This document shows positions 1 to 8,907 of a DNA stretch of 32,000 bases, piece by piece (position 1 is the first letter of the stretch; each line of letters opens with the position of its first letter). The stretch covers positions 60,001-92,000 of the forward strand of contig NC_020304.1 of the NCBI RefSeq assembly GCF_000341395.1, given 5' to 3'. The position numbers and the translations under genes are program-made. The stretch comes from Desulfocapsa sulfexigens DSM 10523. GTDB lineage: Bacteria; Desulfobacterota; Desulfobulbia; Desulfobulbales; Desulfocapsaceae. Under the pieces are notes generated by a model. The model made no database searches and was not told the DNA's origin. It was given only the letters and a program-made list of their open reading frames with translations.

Positions 1-766
1 TTGCTTCAGCCTCGGCACTGTTACTGGTAACTAGAAAAAGGGTTTTGATAAAAGCAAACCTCTGCGGATCGATACTCTCAAGCACATGAGAGTCGGGCAC
101 TGCTACAGCAGGGTATCCTAATTGCTTTAAGGCGAGAAGTGTCTCTTCCCCTTCACAGAGAAAAAGGCTGCCATTTTCACAACGATTTATGTCCTCCACA
201 TTAAAAATCTGATACTCCTCACTAAAGAACTGTTCATTACCATGCCAGAAATAATCATCCTGACGGTCAGGAAAGACACAACGGGCAGCGTAGCAGTTTC
301 CATCCTCCTGGAAATAGGGAAAAACAATATAGCGTCCATTGAAGCCAACATGCAATTGAGACAGAGCATCCTGCCCTATCCCTTTCTCACTAAAGCGATC
401 CAGCAGTGGTTCTGTGAAATTCCCCTCATAGGATTGTATCTCAAGATTTCTATTTGCGGAGGGATAGTCAGCGGTGCTTAGAATTGGTTCCCGGTCAGGG
501 TCATAACCAGGAACCTTAGCAAGATCGATACCTGACAGCTTAGCAAACCAGAGAGGAAAGCCACCGGGGACACAGTTGTTCAGACAACGAAAATAACCAT
601 GAAAGAAACCGCTCTTTTTGAGGAAAACAACTAATCGATCATGGGGGTCAAATCCCCTTTCGTGACAAAAGGGACAATCGGCGGTCAGATGTTTTTTTTC
701 GCCCCTGGCATTTACAAGATTACGCTGGTAGAATTCCGCAACACTATCATTCAGCTCAGTTACCAT
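1..766 (-). CDS. DnaG-like protein with N-terminal zinc-finger (CHC2-like) and toprim region, 3' end cut by window edge
   Basis: My own minus-strand translation from ATG at 766 is open to position 1: MVTELNDSVAEFYQRNLVNARGEKKHLTADCPFCHERGFDPHDRLVVFLKKSGFFHGYFRCLNNCVPGGFPLWFAKLSG... then ...SLFLCEGEETLLALKQLGYPAVAVPDSHVLES. CPFC...FRCLNNC is zinc-finger-like and the LCEGEETLLALKQLGYPAVAVP stretch is toprim-like. Not in the supplied ORF track, presumably because it has no stop in the window. Confidence 0.8.
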   Translation of the reverse strand, partial: MVTELNDSVAEFYQRNLVNARGEKKHLTADCPFCHERGFDPHDRLVVFLKKSGFFHGYFRCLNNCVPGGFPLWFAKLSGIDLAKVPGYDPDREPILSTADYPSANRNLEIQSYEGNFTEPLLDRFSEKGIGQDALSQLHVGFNGRYIVFPYFQEDGNCYAARCVFPDRQDDYFWHGNEQFFSEEYQIFNVEDINRCENGSLFLCEGEETLLALKQLGYPAVAVPDSHVLESIDPQRFAFIKTLFLVTSNSAEAEA

Positions 767-3700
767 TAATAAGATCCGTCATTTTCTTAGCTTCAAGTTC
801 AGTGTCAAAACTGATGTGAACAGAACGGCCAGGCTCAGCAGAGTACAGGTTACGCACGGCAACAACGGTTCCGGAAAGACTCACCTGTTTTTCGTGTCCT
901 TCACTATCACTAAAAAAAATCTTCACTTGACGCCCAAGAAGCGTTCGTGCCTGTTTCCGCTGGGTTATCCTCGACAGAAATGACAATCCTCCTGTGGAGA
1001 TATCACTCCCTTCTCCGCGGATAGTCGTATCTGTAAGTTCTCCACTGTCATCGAGCAGGATGATGTGGATTGAATCCGCCAGTGGAATTCTCTCTTCTTG
1101 ACGCCGTTCAGCACCCGTGCTAAGAAAAAAATCATTCACCTTATCAAATCTAAGACAGTAGTCCTGGATTTTCGCTTCAATGGCTGGATGCTCTTCCCGC
1201 CACTCATCTACAGACTTCATGGAAAGAGTGGACAACTCTACGCTCCCCATACTTGCCGCATTCAGAGTCCATACTGAATCATCAAAAAAGGAGGCCCCAC
1301 CAAAGACATTTCCAGGACCAACCGTCTTCACCAGCGTTTCATTCTCTTTTTCGTTAAAATAGAGTTTCACCCGTCCCTTATTCACAAAGAAAAGACGCCA
1401 CTGGGGATCCCCCTGTTTAACAATAATGGTCTCTGTAGGGTAGGTTTCATGTTCCAGAGAATGATACAAAACATTAAATTCCTCCGTCGTCAGCAGGTCA
1501 TACAAATCCGACCAGATAAGGATATGCCCCTGATCAATTGAATTACTTTTGGCATCTTCTATAATTTCTGCGGCCCTGATAATCTCAGCCAACGCCATAG
1601 CATCTATATCAATCAGACGGAGACGTAATGCTTCTGCCTCATTAAATTTTCTCAATTGGGCCGTTTTTTCAATCAGTGCACTAAGTATTTTTTTCGCAGA
1701 TTCCGCCTTGTCCTTACCCAGTAAGGCGTACACTTCACGTTCTTCCGGGTAATCTGTAATTGGCTCGTATTCTTTCTCAACAGGAGGCGGTACGCTCTTT
1801 ACCACAGATTCCACTGCGGCAGTTCTAGCCTCCTGGTGCTTCTCTACCCTGGCATCCAGGCCACTCCTTTGTGAGTTCTCCTTCTCCTCAATAAGGGCAA
1901 CTGCCAGTTTTGCAGCACGAACACTCTCCTGACCAAACTGGTTGCGACCACCATCAATGATACTCTGCAGCGGTACCAAGGCCATCGAGGAGTCAGTGGC
2001 CCCAAGTGTTTTACTGATTTCCAGGGCCAATGTTTTCTTATCTGCCCCTCCGTAAAAACTGCATTCGCTCAACAAACCTGCAAGAGGCTCGACAAGAGAT
2101 TCATCGGCCAGAGGCCTTAAGTTTCTCACCACCTGAATTTTTGTCTGCACCGCAGATCCAGAAAGAGCTGCCACAAGATATCTTGCAGTGGAAGACTTGC
2201 CAATCCGAAGAATACACTGCAGCACCTCCTGCTGAACCCGTAGATCATCATGGGAGGCATAACTCAAAATTTCTTCAACATCTTCTTCTGAACCAGTGAC
2301 AGCAAGTAAACGAATTATATTTCGTTTCCCATACCATGGCATGGGATCAGGAAGTCGTTCGAGTAGTACGGGAACAAGATCAGCTCCAAGTTCGCTGAGT
2401 ATCTTCAGGAGACGTATTCGGTCTGCCCGTTTATCGGAAGCAATCAGCGTATCAAGAAGAAAACGTGCAGCCACAGGTCCCTGCATGATTATCTTCCTGC
2501 AGATCATCTCATCAACTGGTCTCACAAAACAGCGCTCCAGATATCCCCGGAGAAGAAGCACATCTACATTTTTATCCTGAATGCGACCAACCAGCTTACG
2601 TATCTCATCATTTTTTTCAAATGCACCCGAGCGAATATAATAAAAGACATCCAGGATATCCTCGGCCAGACTGTTGTTATCTGAATACCAGGCATGATTC
2701 ATCATGGCCTGCATGGCAAGCACATTCTTTTCCAGACTCCTGTCAGCCACTTCATTTTCCCGTATCCATGCAAGACAAACAGGGGTCAATTTTTCCAACC
2801 AGTCCCAGCGATTCAGACAGGACAGTTTATGGGCCACAGCACCAAGAGCCAGAGCTAACTGTGGACGCAACTCGTGGTCCTTTTTGGCCAGCCCCTTTAC
2901 CACGTTCTGAATAATAGCTGCGGCCACACTTTCCTTATCGTTGGCCAACAGCTTTTCAATGGTTGCAGGAAGGTTTTGACACACCTCACTGTTTTTCAGG
3001 CTTGCCAAGTTCCCCTTTGCAAGAGCTGTAATACCGGATTGGAGCCGTGCCCCCTTTCGTCCACGTTCGGTCTGCTGCAGGATAACTTTGGTTGTTCCCA
3101 GGGCAATAACCTGTTTTCCACGCGACGTTGCCGCCAATTTCTCATACGCCTTTGAAATGACCTGTAACTGGGCCATGAACTTATCACTCTTCTTCCCATC
3201 ATCCTGCTTCTGTTGCCCCTGTATCCACTCAATTACCTTTGTCAGAGTCTCGGTGTCTGTTATCCTGAGCAATGATTTGTAAAAAACTTCCCCAAAGGGG
3301 GACGAAAAGTCCTGACAGAGCAGCATAAGAATCACACGTTGATCAAGGTGAGGAGCAAGCAGGGTGGCGGCAGCATCACTCACCTTATTATACTGGTCCT
3401 TCGATAGAAGTGAGCTTATAGTGGCAAGCATTTTAGAGAATGCTGGTGCCACGACAACAATGTGATCTTTATGGAGGATTTGCACCAGGGAATACGTAGT
3501 GGAGGCTACAATATGAGCACCACTCTCAACAACGTGAAAAATCTCCTCCAGTGTACGTCGAAGGGCACTCTCTTTTTTGCGACCAACAAGGTACAAGATA
3601 TGCTCCGATCGAACCATACCACCGGACAACTCCTTCAAAATCTGATCAACTTTCCGTTTCTTTCTCTTCTCCTCTTCACTTTCACCGGGCGCCCAATATG

Positions 3701-4139
3701 CTTCCGGGAAGATTGCTGCAAGCTTAAGAGAATCAATAAAAGCCCTGCTGCCGCCAACTCTGTTTATCTGTTCCGGAGTGGCGCTGAAGACAGAAAGAAT
3801 CTTTTTAAAAGTAGGTCTGTCGAAACCTTTGGAGAGTACCATTTCATCCAGTTCCATCTTCTGCAACTGGCTACTGAATGTCAGTAACTGGAGGCGCTCC
3901 CGTGTCGGATTATCAACGGGCTCTCCATTGAGCAGATATCTGCCATTGAGGAAGGAAAATCGTAACAACTGGTTCTTGCGGAGATAGTGTTTTGTTCCCT
4001 GGTAGGCTTTCTCAATGGAATTTCGCACCTGAGAAGACTCTTCCGGGTAAAGACGGAGTGCGGTGGACGCTGCATTAATCAATTTTAATGTTTCAAGACT
4101 TTCCTGTTGCCTGTCGCCCTGCGCCATATAAAACACCAA
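756..4139 (-). CDS. Large HEAT-repeat-like protein with C-terminal cyclic-nucleotide-binding domain and PilZ domain
   Basis: 1127-aa ORF. Middle region has repeated helical HEAT-like segments (e.g. MPWYGKRNIIRLLAVTGSEEDVEEILSYASHDDLRVQQEVLQCILRIGKSSTARYLVAAL). cNMP-binding-like segment TYPTETIIVKQGDPQWRLFFVNKGRVKLYFNEKENETLVKTVGPGNVFGGASFF. C-terminal PilZ signature ERRQEERIPL...DISTGGLSF. Confidence 0.85.
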   Translation of the reverse strand: MVFYMAQGDRQQESLETLKLINAASTALRLYPEESSQVRNSIEKAYQGTKHYLRKNQLLRFSFLNGRYLLNGEPVDNPTRERLQLLTFSSQLQKMELDEMVLSKGFDRPTFKKILSVFSATPEQINRVGGSRAFIDSLKLAAIFPEAYWAPGESEEEKRKKRKVDQILKELSGGMVRSEHILYLVGRKKESALRRTLEEIFHVVESGAHIVASTTYSLVQILHKDHIVVVAPAFSKMLATISSLLSKDQYNKVSDAAATLLAPHLDQRVILMLLCQDFSSPFGEVFYKSLLRITDTETLTKVIEWIQGQQKQDDGKKSDKFMAQLQVISKAYEKLAATSRGKQVIALGTTKVILQQTERGRKGARLQSGITALAKGNLASLKNSEVCQNLPATIEKLLANDKESVAAAIIQNVVKGLAKKDHELRPQLALALGAVAHKLSCLNRWDWLEKLTPVCLAWIRENEVADRSLEKNVLAMQAMMNHAWYSDNNSLAEDILDVFYYIRSGAFEKNDEIRKLVGRIQDKNVDVLLLRGYLERCFVRPVDEMICRKIIMQGPVAARFLLDTLIASDKRADRIRLLKILSELGADLVPVLLERLPDPMPWYGKRNIIRLLAVTGSEEDVEEILSYASHDDLRVQQEVLQCILRIGKSSTARYLVAALSGSAVQTKIQVVRNLRPLADESLVEPLAGLLSECSFYGGADKKTLALEISKTLGATDSSMALVPLQSIIDGGRNQFGQESVRAAKLAVALIEEKENSQRSGLDARVEKHQEARTAAVESVVKSVPPPVEKEYEPITDYPEEREVYALLGKDKAESAKKILSALIEKTAQLRKFNEAEALRLRLIDIDAMALAEIIRAAEIIEDAKSNSIDQGHILIWSDLYDLLTTEEFNVLYHSLEHETYPTETIIVKQGDPQWRLFFVNKGRVKLYFNEKENETLVKTVGPGNVFGGASFFDDSVWTLNAASMGSVELSTLSMKSVDEWREEHPAIEAKIQDYCLRFDKVNDFFLSTGAERRQEERIPLADSIHIILLDDSGELTDTTIRGEGSDISTGGLSFLSRITQRKQARTLLGRQVKIFFSDSEGHEKQVSLSGTVVAVRNLYSAEPGRSVHISFDTELEAKKMTDLINGN

Positions 4140-4393
4140 GATTGAAGAGATAATTTACAACTATCCAGCCGAAAATGCGTTTTACAAAATCCCCCAACTT
4201 GCCTGGCTCTGAATGACAACGCTGAACATATCGTTCACGCAAACAAACAAAATAAACACAGAAATAAACAGTTAGGACATGAGAATTATTTTCTAGCTAC
4301 TCCTTACTACGACTTTTCCTACAACCATTGAGCTGCAACGCATTCCCTATCCTATTTAGCTACACGCTATCGGGGCAAAAGTCAAGAAAGACA

Positions 4394-4418
4394 CCTGTTA
4401 TTCTGCTGGCTTAACAGG
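4394..4418 (-). terminator. Possible weak terminator hairpin downstream of maf
   Basis: Perfect 7-bp inverted repeat cctgtta (4394-4400) / taacagg (4412-4418), 11-nt loop; minus-strand downstream run is TGTCTTTCTT, only partly T-rich. Confidence 0.35.
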
Positions 4419-4441
4419 ATAAAATGGTACAATTTCTCACT

Positions 4442-5038
4442 TTAATTCCCAAGTAGCTTGTATCGACACAACATCCCAAGGAATTCATAAAGGGGCAAGC
4501 CGACAACGTTTGAATAGGAGCCATGAATTTCCCGAACCATAAATGCTCCCTTTCCTTGAATACCATAACTTCCCGCCTTATCCATCGGTTCCCCCGTACG
4601 AACATACGCCCGAATCATCTCTTCGGTCACCTCCCAAAAAGATACACCTGTACTCACCAGACTTGTATCACAAACACTCTTAGCTTGATTCTGCAGGCAA
4701 ACAGCCGTACGCACAATATGCTCCCGACCGGAAAGACGCAACAGCATATCTACTGCATCGTCCTCATTGACAGGCTTTTCGAGCACCATATCATCGAGAC
4801 AGACAACGGTATCGGCGGCAACAATCCAAAAGCCAGGATATCTTTCAGCCACATACCCGGCCTTCTCTCTAGCCAGGCGTTCAATATAGCTCACAGACGT
4901 TTCTGCAGGATACTTACGTTCTTCAATATCCGCCGATACGGCACGCGAGAAAACTCCCAATTCCTCCAGATATGCACGTCTTCTTGGGGACCCGGAGGCC
5001 AGGATAATTTCTTCAGCACAAGTAAAAAGTCGAGACAT
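4442..5038 (-). CDS. maf: Maf-family nucleoside triphosphate pyrophosphatase
   Basis: Conserved IILASGSPRRRAYLEELG, VAADTVVCLDDMVLEKPVNEDDAVDMLLRLSG, DKAGSYGIQGKGAFMV. ORF track gives start 5191, but family homology begins at the internal Met at 5038 (MSRLFTCAEEIILASGSPRR). Confidence 0.93.
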   Translation of the reverse strand: MSRLFTCAEEIILASGSPRRRAYLEELGVFSRAVSADIEERKYPAETSVSYIERLAREKAGYVAERYPGFWIVAADTVVCLDDMVLEKPVNEDDAVDMLLRLSGREHIVRTAVCLQNQAKSVCDTSLVSTGVSFWEVTEEMIRAYVRTGEPMDKAGSYGIQGKGAFMVREIHGSYSNVVGLPLYEFLGMLCRYKLLGN

Positions 5039-5232
5039 AACAAGTGTCCAGAGGATTGCATTCCAATAAATATTCAGCGAAAAAGTGAAGGATTTCAGTT
5101 CCCACACGCCATGACAAAAAAGATTTGTTTGAAAAATATCTTTCCATCGTACACTCTTTTTAGTATTCTTGTCTAAGAGATATTCCCTCACGATCGAAAC
5201 CGTTTTTTCATTTCAGCCACATCACAAACACT

Positions 5233-5682
5233 ATGCCTGACAACAGCAAGTTCATAACTAGAGACTTTGCAGCTGGGGAAACACTTTTTGCGCAGGATGA
5301 TGTTGGTGATTGTATTTTCTTCATCATCAATGGCCTGGTGGAAGTGTGTAAAAATACCGACGGAGAAAAGGAAGTCGTTGCCCTCATGTCAAGTGGTGAC
5401 ATCCTCGGTGAAATGGCGGTACTGACAGATGCTCCTCGCTGTGCAAGCGGAATTGCTATAGAACCTACCCGGGTTATCATGGTTAAGGATCGCACCCTGC
5501 GTCTTGCACTGCTCAACAATGATCTGCCTATTCTGAAACCTCTTACCAGTCAGCTCATCCTTCGCTTCAAAGAAGCGGAACAGCAGGCAACGTATTATCG
5601 TAAGAAATTCAAGAAACTCCAAAAAGAAGTATCTATCCTCAAAGAACAGCTCCTCCAACACGAGATACCTGAAGATAATTAA
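5233..5682 (+). CDS. Stand-alone cyclic-nucleotide-binding domain protein with short predicted coiled-coil tail, no HTH
   Basis: 149 aa: FAAGETLFAQDDVGDCIFFIINGLVEVCKN...VVALMSSGDILGEMAVLTDAPRCASGIAIEPTRVIMV, then KEAEQQATYYRKKFKKLQKEVSILKEQLLQ. Confidence 0.85.
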   Translation: MPDNSKFITRDFAAGETLFAQDDVGDCIFFIINGLVEVCKNTDGEKEVVALMSSGDILGEMAVLTDAPRCASGIAIEPTRVIMVKDRTLRLALLNNDLPILKPLTSQLILRFKEAEQQATYYRKKFKKLQKEVSILKEQLLQHEIPEDN

Positions 5683-5776
5683 GGAGTTACTGTTCATTCT
5701 AAGAATTTCAAAAGTAGTTATTTTGACGATACCCTCCTCCTTCTCCTGAAACTCCTCTGAGTCCCCTTGAGTATCT

Positions 5777-6394
5777 ATGAAAATTCTTTCGGTATCTGAC
5801 AAGGTTGAAAAGCAACTGCTTACCAGAGGGAACACCCTCCTTCCTGCTCATCCTGATATCATCCTGGCCTGTGGAGATCTTCCACCCGAATACCTAACCG
5901 AGTTGAGAGAATTCTACAGTGTTCCCCTCTATTATATTGAAGGGAATCATGACATTCGCTACGATGATTCCCCACCACTCGGCTGTACAAATATCCATGC
6001 ACAAATTATTACTGAACAGGGAATACGGATAATGGGCCTCAGTGGTTCCCGCTGGTACAATGGCGGCAAAAACCAGTACACTGAACCGGAAATGAAAAAA
6101 ACAATTCGCAGCCTCTGGTTTCAACTATTACAAGTGAACAGGATGGACATCATCATCACACATGCACCACCACGATTCATCAACGATAAGGAAGACCCCT
6201 GCCATAAAGGTTTCAGGAGTTTCAGCTCTCTGATCAAAAAACATAAGCCGGTCTGGTTTGTCCACGGCCACATACATTCATTTTTCAAAACTCCTGCCGA
6301 CCGCCTCACCCAGGTCTGCGAAACAAAGGTACTCAACTGCTATGGATTTTTTTTCTTTGAAACAGAACTGGTGGAAGAACAGGCAAAAAGCTAG
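5777..6394 (+). CDS. Calcineurin-like metallophosphoesterase, variant first metal motif
   Basis: ILACGDLP, YYIEGNHD, IIITHAPP, FVHGHIHS motifs; N-terminal motif reads SVSDKV instead of D-x-H. Confidence 0.85.
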   Translation: MKILSVSDKVEKQLLTRGNTLLPAHPDIILACGDLPPEYLTELREFYSVPLYYIEGNHDIRYDDSPPLGCTNIHAQIITEQGIRIMGLSGSRWYNGGKNQYTEPEMKKTIRSLWFQLLQVNRMDIIITHAPPRFINDKEDPCHKGFRSFSSLIKKHKPVWFVHGHIHSFFKTPADRLTQVCETKVLNCYGFFFFETELVEEQAKS

Positions 6395-7451
6395 TCGTAC
6401 CCCTGAAGACAGTATTTTTCCTACCCGGGAAACAGACTTCGATCAGGTTCGGAAGAATGAAAAAGCGTACGAAACTGTTAAACGGGGTACAGCCACTGTC
6501 CCGCTCGACAAAATTAAGGGATCGGTGGGCCGGTATAGCGATTTTGACAAGCAATTCCGTCTTAAAGGGGCCGGCTCCGAAGAACGATTAACATCCCTAA
6601 TCCAGGCCATGCAGGAAGGACGACCCATCCCGCCCGTTTCACTCTATCAGATCAAGGACAATTTCTACATAGTTGATGGACATCACCGGGTTACAGCCGC
6701 ACGAAAGCTGGGCCAAAGCCACATCCAATCTAAAATACTGGAACTGCTCCCTTCCAATGAGAGCGTTGAAAACAGATTATATCTGGAGAAAATCGAATTT
6801 AGAGACAGGGTGGGTATTCCAAAAGTTATTGATTTTACTGAACCGGGTCAGAGTGAATATCTGCTCGAGCAGGTAACCATGCATCAAAGTTTCCTTGCTG
6901 AGGAAAACCGCGAGGCAGTGAGCCTTGAAGAGGCCGGAGCAGACTGGTACCGCTCAATCTATCTGCCACTTCGGACTCTCATTAAGAACAGCGGCCTGCT
7001 TCGCTCCTTTCCGGACAGAACAATGGATGATCTTTACCTCTATATCTCCACCCATCAATGGCAAAAACGATCGGAAAGAGAATATGGTATAGGGGTGGAC
7101 GAACTCATTCCACGTGACATGGAAGCTTTTCGCAGAAAAATGGCGAGAAGCAGACCGGGCGAATATCCGGAGATGAAAAGGGACATCACAATTTTCATCC
7201 TTGTTAACGTTGACGGGACCCAGGAACAACAACTCCTCGACAAACTCTTTGCTCTTCCGGAGGTTGTTGAACTGCACTCGGTTCACGGCTCAATTGATCT
7301 GGTCATCAAGGCCACCCTGAGTCGGGATATCCTTGCCTCCGATGCCGAGGTTATCTCTCAGTTCACCCATTCTTCCCTGCGTCGCATGAAAGGAGTGGTC
7401 TCCACCCAAACGCTTATACCCGGACTTTCATTGATCAAACCACAGTATTGA
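6342..7451 (+). CDS. ParB/Srx-like domain protein with C-terminal Lrp/AsnC-type ligand-binding (RAM-like) domain
   Basis: VPLDKIKGSVGRYSDFD...LIQAMQEGRPIPPVSLYQIKDNFYIVDGHHRVTAARKLG (ParB-like); C-terminus KRDITIFILVNVDGTQEQQLLDKLFALPEVVELHSVHGSIDLVIKATLSRD (AsnC ligand-domain-like). ORF track start 6258; start at 6342 (MDFFSLKQ) is more plausible and overlaps the upstream gene by 53 nt. Confidence 0.75.
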   Translation: MDFFSLKQNWWKNRQKASRTPEDSIFPTRETDFDQVRKNEKAYETVKRGTATVPLDKIKGSVGRYSDFDKQFRLKGAGSEERLTSLIQAMQEGRPIPPVSLYQIKDNFYIVDGHHRVTAARKLGQSHIQSKILELLPSNESVENRLYLEKIEFRDRVGIPKVIDFTEPGQSEYLLEQVTMHQSFLAEENREAVSLEEAGADWYRSIYLPLRTLIKNSGLLRSFPDRTMDDLYLYISTHQWQKRSEREYGIGVDELIPRDMEAFRRKMARSRPGEYPEMKRDITIFILVNVDGTQEQQLLDKLFALPEVVELHSVHGSIDLVIKATLSRDILASDAEVISQFTHSSLRRMKGVVSTQTLIPGLSLIKPQY

Positions 7452-7497
7452 AAAACAGGTTCGCAACGCAAGGCAAGGGGAGGAGAGAAGAAAACTG

Positions 7498-8427
7498 CTA
7501 TGCTGAAAAAATCCTTTTCAGACATCCCCGTACATAACGAATATGGAGAAAACGTACAGGACTGAGTTCTTCAGGAACCCTGAAGCCTGAACCAGCAAAC
7601 ATATCTGGAGTACATTGCGGGAATTCAAGGTCTTCTATACGGGAACCTGCAATAGCCTCTGCCTCTGCAGCAACTGCAAGAGGGACACATTCCTTATTGA
7701 CCCCAAGCACTTCAATCATGGCCCGGTCAAGTGCCACCGCACTCTTCGATGCTCCAAGGCAGCCGAGACTGAGCGAATCTCCATGCACCGGACCTCGCCG
7801 TGTCATCACCTCAATGCCATCAGCAACAACAAGAGCAGGTGGAAGAATTTTCTGAAGATCAAGAATCATCTTGGCAAACATTTCATGAGACTCGCCATGA
7901 CGCATATGAAGCCATGCCTTTCGTGCACCGAGTACAATACCAAAAACATTTTTAACAGCCATGGTGACCCTCATTTGATCATGTGCCTTAACGCGAGGGA
8001 GATTGACAAAGTAATCACAACCAAGCGCCTCGCCTGCCACGCAAACCCTGATTCCACAATCAAGCATTTTGACCACCCGAGTACGAAAGTCAATGTGCTC
8101 CACCGTTCCTCCGAAAAATACAGAGGCAAATCCCTGCCGCTTCAAAACCTGGGCCGCTGACCCGAAAGCTGGTGAATCGCCAAGCAGAACCTTTGCCCCC
8201 CTGGAAGAAAAACAGGCAGCAACAGCTGCTGTGAAGAGTGGACTGGAACAGGCAAGTGCTGGAACTCCGGCACTGATCAGATTGGGTTTTAAAAGAACCT
8301 TTTTTGCAGAAAGGGTGGACGGAACTCCAAGAATATCGAGTTGCTCCTGTATGGCTGCCTGCAGAAACGGGGCCTCATAGGAAGAACAGCTGGTTAAGCA
8401 AACAGGTATCTTTATAAATGGATGCAT
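7498..8427 (-). CDS. DUF362 domain-containing protein
   Basis: 309 aa: KKVLLKPNLISAG...GAKVLLGDSPAFGSAAQVLKRQG...GCDYFVNLPRVKAHDQMRVTMAVKNVFGIVLG...VVADGIEVMTRRGPVHG. Confidence 0.88.
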   Translation of the reverse strand: MHPFIKIPVCLTSCSSYEAPFLQAAIQEQLDILGVPSTLSAKKVLLKPNLISAGVPALACSSPLFTAAVAACFSSRGAKVLLGDSPAFGSAAQVLKRQGFASVFFGGTVEHIDFRTRVVKMLDCGIRVCVAGEALGCDYFVNLPRVKAHDQMRVTMAVKNVFGIVLGARKAWLHMRHGESHEMFAKMILDLQKILPPALVVADGIEVMTRRGPVHGDSLSLGCLGASKSAVALDRAMIEVLGVNKECVPLAVAAEAEAIAGSRIEDLEFPQCTPDMFAGSGFRVPEELSPVRFLHIRYVRGCLKRIFSA

Positions 8428-8445
8428 TATTTAATCGTCAAATAA

Positions 8446-8483
8446 GAAAAAGCCGGATTCATTATAACAAATCCGGCTTTTTC
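8446..8483. promoter_or_regulatory. Strong palindrome (terminator/attenuator-like) 18 nt upstream of the DUF362 start, with TATAAT in the loop
   Basis: gaaaaagccggatt (8446-8459) and aatccggctttttc (8470-8483) are perfect 14-bp complements, loop cattataaca. T-runs on both strands. Minus-strand loop contains TATAAT (8466-8461). Confidence 0.7.
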
Positions 8484-8907
8484 CAGGAGAAAGGAGAGAG
8501 AAGAGATAAAGCAAAAACAACTATGCATATCTCATGCCAGAAACACAAACTACACAATACCTTCTAATACCAGACAGATAGCAAAACTCACCTCCTGCAA
8601 ACGGCAGAAATGGAGTTAAATTTTTTTTACTTTTAAAATTCTTAACTGCATTTCCATCTATTATCAAATAGTTACCGTGGGTACTTATTTAAACTGATAA
8701 TTACTAGCAACCGTTAATCAACTGGATAGCCTGACAAAATCCTGCTATTTTACAAAAATGAAGCTGCCACTGCAAAAAAATGTCCAAATAATTGAACCAT
8801 CATACTGTAAAAAAAATCACAAAATCGGTTCTTTTGCTTTTCCTTCCCCACCTTGTTAGAGTATTAACTTAATGTAACAGAATTTCCTATTCTTCCGGTA
8901 TTATACT

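Noticed and set aside
242-481. 79-aa plus-strand ORF and 60-aa minus-strand ORF (187..369) near the left edge
   Set aside because: Both lie over the uninterrupted primase-like reading frame (1..766, minus), which has real motifs.
4523-5176. 217-aa plus-strand ORF opposite maf
   Set aside because: Antisense to a confidently identified Maf gene; translation shows no family motifs and looks like a shadow ORF.
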